This document shows positions 55,490 to 64,000 of a stretch of DNA of 64,000 nucleotides, piece after piece. Both the position numbers and the translations under genes were made by a program. The number at the start of each line of letters is the position of its first letter. The first letter of the stretch is position 1. Origin of the DNA: Eledone cirrhosa (Eukaryota); NCBI GenBank assembly GCA_964016885.1, contig OZ024743.1, positions 68,200,001-68,264,000 on the forward strand, in the 5' to 3' direction. The notes beneath the pieces were generated by a model. The model was not told the origin of the DNA and made no database searches. It saw only the letters and a list, made by a program, of their open reading frames with translations.

Positions 55490-55830
55490 TACATTTAAAG
55501 GCCCCAATCTGTCACTAATGACCATGGTTTTGCACCTAGAAAGTATTCCTCTGAGACACAAGCCTGAGTAAGGTTTGTTTGTGTGGAAGACCAGCAGTCA
55601 CCCATGCATACCAGCCTCCCCTCTCCACGCCACCGATGTTGTCCAAAGGAAAGGCAATGGCCAATACCGCTTGACGCCAGCGACATCGCAACTCTACAGC
55701 TCTGTAAACTGGAACAATGTGAAATAAAGTGTCTTGCTCAAGGAGAGAACGCCTACACCGGTCTGCGAATCGAACTCACAACCTTTCAATTGCAGGCCTA
55801 AAGCTCTAACGACTAAAGCATGCGTCTGTA
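55490..55830 (-). mobile_element. tRNA-derived SINE (second family)
   Basis: Reverse-complement head ..ttagagc..gtgagttcgattcgcagaccgg..ccttgagcaagacactttatttcacattg; related to 43940-44062. Confidence 0.75.
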
Positions 55831-55963
55831 CTTTGTTAGTGTTAGATAATTCACCGACAAAACCGACGGAAGACCATACACATCACAATTATAAAATAGA
55901 CAAATAGAACTATGACATTTATAGTTCATGTGTCGCCATAAATTCTCTCTTTCTCTGTGTGTC

Positions 55964-56048
<85 letters not shown>

Positions 56049-56200
56049 ATATATGTATGTATATATATATATATGTATATATATATACATATATAACGGA
56101 AGAAATGTGGTAAGTAACCATTTTAGTCCAGAATTAGCCGTCGAAACGGCTTCAGCTCAACAGTCGGGATGCTACTCGTTCCTATATATATATATATATG

Positions 56201-56232
<32 letters not shown>

Positions 56233-56261
56233 CAAACATACATACATAGATACATCCATAT

Positions 56262-56325
<64 letters not shown>

Positions 56326-57404
56326 ATTTAAATATATATGTATATAGGAATTAAAGTGAACTTAGCTGACCTACACTTCCTGTTTTGATGAAACGTTGAA
56401 CGTTGGTGAATTATATAAATATGTGCAAGCTAGGCTAAATAAATATTTTCCTTTCGTTCAATGAGAATATATTAATTGATTCGCCGTTCTGTGACCTCCA
56501 TAATTAAATCTACAAACTCCCTTTTTAGTATGCTTTATATTTCATTAAAGCCATAATGATCTCAAAGTCCCATTACCCCATTACCCAAATTAGTGTTCAA
56601 CATCTCATTATCAACGTAATATACATACCCAATCTTTTACACACAGTCCCACGATCTATATTATTATTGTAATTATCGTTATTATTATTTTTATTTTTAT
56701 TATCATTATTATGTTCATTTTTACTGCTATCCAGTCCATTCTTACACTAGTCTCTTTATTATGTTTAGAGAGAACAAAATGTATGTTACACACGTGATAA
56801 TCTCGCCATCATTACAGGTTTCTTTTGTTATTTGTGATCTTTGATTTTAAATACAAAATCTCAACTACATCCATTCATACATGCATTCATGCATGCATAC
56901 ATATATACATACATACATAATGACGATGATGGCTACCCCCTCGTTATTGAGTATGGCCATTGCACGATATAATATTATTAATAAATATTAATTAATGCCA
57001 TTGTGCAATGCCCGTGCGTGAATTTTTTTTGTAAATTAGGGAAAGACCTTGCACTGAACCAATGCCACTCTCTGAGAGACAGTAGCTATAACCCGAAAAG
57101 AAGAAAAGATAAACATCATCGGTAACTACTGAGCCGCAGGTTTTATGTCGGGGCTATCCCAGTTACCTGAGTTGCCTTCTCCTAGAAGAATGCCCTGACA
57201 AAGGCTAGGGATCCTTTACTCCCAGTGGTTTAACCGTGTGATCGGGTATCCAGCCCGACAATTTCTATGTTCCCCGCGCATATACATACACATGCACACA
57301 TGCATATACATATATACAAATACATACATATGCATATACATATTTACACATTTTTGGATGGCTGTTGACTCTTATGAGTTCTTCCACCTTTTGTCAGGTT
57401 TACA

Positions 57405-59004
57405 TACATACATGTCATTAAACTCCTCGTACTTTCTGCTCAAGAAATGTGAAGGATACATCATTGGCTCACAGGAGGACAGAAATACGAAATTAACCCA
57501 TAATTTCTTTGTGGATGATCTGAAACTCTATGCCAAGAACATGGATGGGATGAAGAAAAATCTCCTGGTTACAACATTCTCAAAGGATATAGGAATGGAG
57601 TTTGGCCAAGATAAATGCTCATATATGACTGTAAAGCCGGGAGAAACAACAACCCGATCTAGCAACATTTGTATCAATGGCCTAACTGTTTCACCAATAT
57701 CTGATGAGGACTGCTACAGATACCTGGCGATAGATGAGAACATATCCTATAATGGTATATGTAATAAGGAACGCGTACATACATACTACATCCGACTAAG
57801 AAAGACATGGTCATCGGAACTCTCTGCGTAAAACAAAACAGTGACTCACAATGTGTTTGCTGTGCCTGTCCTAACAACAATGTTTGGAATACTCAATTGG
57901 ACGATAGACGAAATCCGAGCGATTGATGTTAGAACTCGAAAAATACTAAACGACACCGGAAAATTCCACATCAACAGTGACAGAGACCGCCTTTACTTGA
58001 AATGTAAGCAGCGAGGCAGAGGACTAACATCAGTCCAGACAGCATATGAATGTCGCATCATATCCCTCCGACAACATCTACGAACCTCAAAGCGTAGGAG
58101 CCCGTCTCTCGAGCAAGTCAAGATTTGGGAAGGAACTCTCCGAGAGGTATTTCCTGTGTGATAATCGAAAAGTCACACCCAGGGAAGATGATCAGCAGCA
58201 TCGCAGTGAATCCATGGATAAGAAGCTACATGCTTATCAGCAAAAAATCATGCATAGATATGTTGACAGGATGCTCCAGAGTGAGAGTAATATCGATAAA
58301 AAAAGTAGTCTATCTTGGATCAACAACCACTATAATGGCTCCCAGTTTGAAGGATACTCTATTGCAATCCAAGAACAGGAAATCAACACGAAATACCTGA
58401 TTCTCAAAAGAGATAGGGATGCAGGCAAAATACCTAGATGCAGAATTAAGATCGAAGATGTCACCCATGACATAAGCAGCGCTCCAAAGATGTCATCGCG
58501 GTACTATCTACTTATGAGACATGGTATAGTGGCCAAAACACTGTATAATGCACCGATAATAAACACATTACAAGCTACACCAATGTGGAAGACATACATG
58601 TACATAATATGAACGAGTACTTGTAGAATGTTCGAGTAAAAACCCCAATAAAATGCAGGCAAAACAAACTAGATATTATGATATGGGACAGGGAATAGAA
58701 GGCATGCACAGTAGTGGAAGTTAGCTGCCCAACAGATGCCAATATAATATGAAAGATTGGCGAAAAGGAGAATATTTATGCAGAACTGATGACAAATCTG
58801 CAGATACTCCACCCTGATTACACCTTTAGATTTATGCCTGTGATTATTGGGGCACTGGGGTATGTTAGTAACTGCCTCAAGACAAATCTTGAGAAGCTGA
58901 GCTTCACAGGAACAGAAAGAACACAACTAGTTAGGAAATTACAAGTACAATCCATTAATGGAACGGTAAAAATATGTAAAACATTGCTAAAATTTTGCAT
59001 CTAA
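57405..59004 (+). mobile_element. 5'-truncated R4/Dong-like RLE non-LTR retrotransposon
   Basis: FFVDDLKLY, FSKDIGMEFGQDKC, YRYL, FAVPVLT..FG, IQEQEI.T, RH, DI..WD..VEVSCP, PVIIGALG. Confidence 0.88.
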
Positions 59005-59289
59005 TAACTGCATATACACATGTACAGATACTAAGCATATACACATGCACACATACAACTCAAAACATACACATCCACACATACAATAACATCCATATCT
59101 ATACATGCATGCAGACATGCATACATATCTACCTCGTTGGTGTGTAAATTCCAATGAATAGAGTCTATTTTAGAAACCGAATCTCTCGCTATTGCCAAAC
59201 ATTTGTGAAATTGTAAACCATAAGAACATACATACGTACATACAAACATACATATATACATATATATATATACATACATATATACATGG

Positions 59290-59620
59290 TGGCTGCCAAC
59301 TCGTTTTCGAGTACGGCCACTACTTTATATACATGTAGGAGAACCCCTACCGATGCGCTGAACAAGTGTGATTTTAGTCCAGCCAGCGACTTGAAAACTC
59401 TGGTGCAAACACTACACTTGTGACAATTATTGACACAGTGCTGGTCCCATGGTACCATGTGACAACAAGTGCAGAAAGATCTCCAGATATAAAGCAATGC
59501 ATGTGCCGTGGAGCTTTTATAGTGAGCAAAGCCTCTGCACAAAGTCAGTCCCACTCACTTAAACAAGATTATATTTACCAAAAAGAAGAACAAGTCAACA
59601 TCATTTGGATACCATCAGGG
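59290..59620 (-). mobile_element. RTE-like LINE 3' fragment with C2H2-type motif
   Basis: CSVCTRVFKSLAGLKSH in ORF 59189-59554. Confidence 0.5.
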
Positions 59621-59720
59621 TTGCAGGTGTTATATCAGAGTTTTCCTTCACATATAATTATGCCTTGACAAAGGCTAAGGTGTCATCGCATATATACATA
59701 TATACGTATTTACATACATA

Positions 59721-62700
59721 CAGTGGAGCTACGAGCTTAACAAAGAATTATATGAAGCATACAAACAATCTAAATCCCAAAAGTTCGGTTTTATGGAAAG
59801 GCTAAAAACTTTTGGAACTCCAAACACCCAGAATTAGACTTTTCTCCAAAGCATTTAAATGAACAGGCAAAACGTATCATTAGATGTAAATTGATACATC
59901 TAACGGAATTGAGCGATACTACAAATACAGCCCTTGTAGACAACCACCCCACCTCCACTGACAGACAAAGAGAATGGCCAGCTAAATATAACAGTGAACA
60001 GCTCACCAACCATTTTGCTGAAATCCATCCCACTTCCACTGAAGAACAGCGAGAATGGTCAGCTAACTCTAGTAGTAATTGTCACCACATCAACAACGAG
60101 GCTGAAATTCATGACTCTACTGTACAAGCAGAACACCAAAAACTTGTGGACACCTTACAAGTGATATGGGACGATATGTTTCAAGAGATACACAGCCTTA
60201 ATGTGAGTGACAGACCATACAACACCAGAATCAGTAAAGAACCCACTAGATTTGAATTGGAAGCGGTGAACGAAATAGCTGACAATTATCTGAAGGCTAT
60301 ACGATCTAAAGGTGTAGAAACGACATTTGAAACGCTTAACGTTTTGTTATATGTTTCAGCTGTCACATTGCTATCATATAACAAACATCTAAAACCACGT
60401 AATCAAGATACAAACAAAAAGCCTGAACCAGCGTGGATGCGAAATTTAAAAAGCAACATTTTGTCCCTGAGACGAAGTATGTGTGAGACACATCGCAGTC
60501 GTTATGAAATGCAACATAGAGAGCAACATCACACGACACCAGGAAGACCTAAAAAAAAATGTTACAGACGATTTGGAGATACACAATTTAAAACTTTAAA
60601 CTCCAAATTACACCAGTTGAAACAACAACACACAACAACAACAGAAAGACTAAAATATAAGTCAACAGCACATAAACGACAATGCTAAATAGATTGTTTG
60701 CCAGAGATCCTAAATCAGTTTATCGCAGCTTCGGTGGCAAAAAGCTCAATCTCTGTAAATGACACCCCTTCAAAAGTACAGGCTGAGAGCTACTGGAGAT
60801 CTGTATGGGAAACGGATGACGGATTCAACAGCCAAACTAATTGGCTAAAAGAACTGGAACAGGACTACTGCCAACATATCCAGACAAAACAATATGACAT
60901 AGATGGGTCAATACTGGAAACAGCTCTACAGAAATTGTCGAATAGGAAATCACCAGGCCCAGACCTCATTACAGGATACTGGTTGAAGAATTTCACTTTC
61001 TATCGGTAAGATCTCATACGGCTGTTTACAGAAACCATTAAAGGCACACAATAACGGCCAGATGGTTATCAACTGCCACTAATCTCCTCATTCCCCCAAA
61101 ATAGCCAAACTACCCTTGCTAAAAATTACCGCCCAATAGCCTGCCAAAACATCATGTATAAATTATATACTGGGTGCCTCAACCTGTTATTACAGGATCA
61201 CTGTGCTACCAACAACATCATGTGTGGGGCTGCATAAATCACCTACTAACTAATAAAATGATTCAAGAAAAAACAACAAAGAATCGCAAAAACATGACTG
61301 TGGTGTGGCTGGACTATCAAAAAGCATTTGATAGTGTACCTCATGTGTGTATTGTTACGGCTTTACAGTTAGCCAAAGTCCCACAACCACTGATAGCTGC
61401 TGTTGAACGTCTGACCAAGAACTCGTATACCAATTTGATCCTTTGAGGTGAGAAGAAGCAAGTTAAGACTGATAAGATACATTACCAGAAGGGCATCTTT
61501 CAGGGTGATAGCTTGTCAGTGCTACTCTTCGTTCTCTCACTAAATCCACTATCTTACCTACTCAGGAAACAAGGTGGACAAAGAAGTGGGTCCAGAAGTA
61601 TCTCCCATCTTTTCTTTGTTGATGCCCTAAAGTTGTATGGGCCAAATATCAATGACATCAAGAAACAATTGGACCTCATTACACAATTTTCAACAGACAT
61701 CAAAATGAAATTTGGTGAGTCCAAGTGTGCATATTTGGCAGTAAAACGTGGAAGAGATGTGCCCTCCTCTAGAAATCCAGAGATGAACGGCCTGACAATA
61801 CAACCTCTACAGTCAGGTGACAACTAAAGATATCTTGGACAGGATGAGAATGTCAGATATGATGGACCCATAAATAAGGAGAGAACCAGAACTGAATACC
61901 TCAGAAGAGTAAAGAAAATATGGTCATCAGAATTGTCAACGTACAACAAATACATTGTCCACAATACTTATGATGTGCCAATTCTAACGCCAACATTTGG
62001 CCTGCTGAACTGGTCATTGCAAGAACTAAGTGAGATGGATGTTAGAACTCGCAAACTTCTCAGTGTTACTTGGAACTTTAACATCAATGGTGATGAGGAT
62101 AGGCTATACTTCTCACGCAAGGAAGGTGGCCGGGGTCTAAAATCCATATTAACATCATATGAGACCCGGATAGTAACACTGAAACAACATCTTCAACAGA
62201 GGAAAATGGTTCGCAACCATCTTGCCCAGGTTTATGAGCATGAAAAAAAAAATATCATTAGAATTGCCACTGATCTGGAGGAGAGATATGGAATAAAGCC
62301 TGATATAAATCTCTCACCCAGAGAAATCGGAAGATCCTATTCAATGTTCAAACAAAATGAAAAAATTGACCAATTTACAGAAAAAGTTGTTCATGGATAC
62401 TTGAGACGTAAAACACAGACCATAGAGGGTATAAACCACTCAAAAAGCCTGGCATGGAGTTCCGACAAGTTTATGACATCACACCTTGAGGGATAACTCT
62501 ATGCAATACAGGAACAAGAACTTCCTACCAAATATCTGCTGCATAAAAGAGGAGGGCCAGCAGCTGACAATAAATGTAGGCTATGTAAAACAAAGATCGA
62601 GGATGTAAGCCACATTGTTGCCAGCTGCGAAAGAATGTCATCTCGCTACTACCTCCCCATGAGACACGATGGGATAGCTAGAACCATCTGGAACGCACTT

Positions 62701-63227
62701 CGGAAAACAAAATTAACAACAAACGAGGAAGAATATATTGAGACAGATGGCACTAAGGAATACGGGTGGAACCTGAAAATAAAAACTGCCACTAAATTAA
62801 AGCACGGCCGGCCTGATATTGTTGTTTGGGACCACACATTGAAAACGTATTCTGTTGTGGAGATCAGCTGCCCACTTGATGTAAAAGTTGTCAGAAAAAT
62901 ACAGGAGAAGGAGGACATCTACGGATCATTGATGAGGAGTTTACAAATCCAGTATCCAAGATACACATTTAGCTTCATACCCATCATTATTGGAGCTACG
63001 GGTTATATACCAACCCGCTTGGACCAATGTATAACTGAACTTGGATTTGCGGACAAAGAGTGCAGCTCCCTAGTTCATAGTCTACAAATGACTGCGATAG
63101 CTGGCACCTTCAATATTTGCAAAACATTCTTGCGATTCAAGGGATGACAATTTCTTTTCTTTTACAACCTTGACACCAGGAAGGTGGCCGATCAAAAAAA
63201 TATACTCGAAATTAAGAGAAAGAGATA
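59721..63227 (+). mobile_element. Near full-length degraded R4/Dong-like RLE non-LTR retrotransposon
   Basis: N-terminal WSYELNKELY..GFMERL..W..P; RT (KSPGPD.I.GYWLK, NYRPIAC, WLDYQKAFDSVPH, GIFQGDSLS, FFVDALKLY); CRLC..H...C zinc knuckle; RHD..PDIVVWD..VEISCP..K..Y endonuclease. Multiple stops and frameshifts. Confidence 0.92.
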
Positions 63228-63274
63228 ACATACATACATACATACAAACATACATACATACATACATACATACA

Positions 63275-63305
<31 letters not shown>

Positions 63306-63674
63306 TTGATTGATGGTTGGAACTCTATTTCGAAAAATGCTATCACTTGATATTAAGCATGAGCATCATAGAAGTTGTTTTTTAGTCCTGTTAAGGACAT
63401 TCCTATGGCCAGCAATACCATTCATCGCTAAAAATGTCAATTATTAAGCGATGTCTCTCCATGCTTTTTTAAGTGATAAAAGGATTTGCACGGAGCCAGT
63501 CCCACTCTCTAAACATCGAATGCATTTTCGCCAAAAGAAGAACTGGTCTACATCGTTGGATGCAAACGAACTCGCAGGATTTATATCAAACTGACCTTCT
63601 CCTAGAGAGATGTCTTAATGAATACAAGGAGTCTCACGCTCCTTAAAAAAAATGTACATATATGTACAGTATAT

Positions 63675-63990
63675 CTAGGGCGGGTAAAATTCCCGAGATC
63701 CATGGACGAGTTCTCTCCAGCGATCTATGTCCCTCATTATCGCTGCCATCTCCTGCGTCTCCAACAGACCAGTGTCTGTCCTTAGGGCATCAACATACGT
63801 TAACCTTGGTCTTATTCTTCCAGTGTGTCCATGTAGGGGCTCCCACAGGAGCACTGAGTGTAAAGTCAACTCTGGATGTCGGTGAGCATGTCCAGCTAAC
63901 CTCAGTCTCCTCTGTGTCACTTTTGGGCTGACTTTTGGAAGGCTCCCATACAGCTCTGAGTTTTTCATCCTCAGTGTAAACTGATTAATG
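63675..63990 (-). mobile_element. RTE-clade LINE ORF C-terminal fragment
   Basis: NSELYG.LP....RRLRLAGH..RH......LLWEP.HG...RPRLTYVD.L..DTG....M.D...WR. Confidence 0.8.
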
Positions 63991-64000
63991 TTATATGTAT

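Overview
AT-rich, microsatellite-saturated animal DNA with no recognisable host gene. The SINE family and repeat style suggest a coleoid cephalopod (Octopus-like); this is an inference. Almost the whole window is transposon-derived. It holds at least six Penelope-like elements (PLEs; RT + GIY-YIG) with tandem and inverted pseudo-LTRs, including a near-intact one at 19.4-24.6 kb, two R4/Dong-like RLE non-LTR elements, RTE fragments, four Helitron derivatives, a mariner, a TTAA MITE and many tRNA-derived SINEs. Four signals stand out. (1) At least 13 type I hammerhead ribozyme (HHR) motifs have canonical cores and palindromic stem III, and several more carry U3:A8 compensatory or mutated cores. 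(2) A non-coding 483-bp retrozyme-like unit is bounded by two HHRs. (3) A 262-bp tandem array carries cloverleaf tRNA-like units with Pol III terminators. (4) A stop-free Asp/Gly/Ser-rich frame of about 812 codons, missed by the ORF track, lies in a GAT-based minisatellite. Boundaries were read by eye and are approximate.
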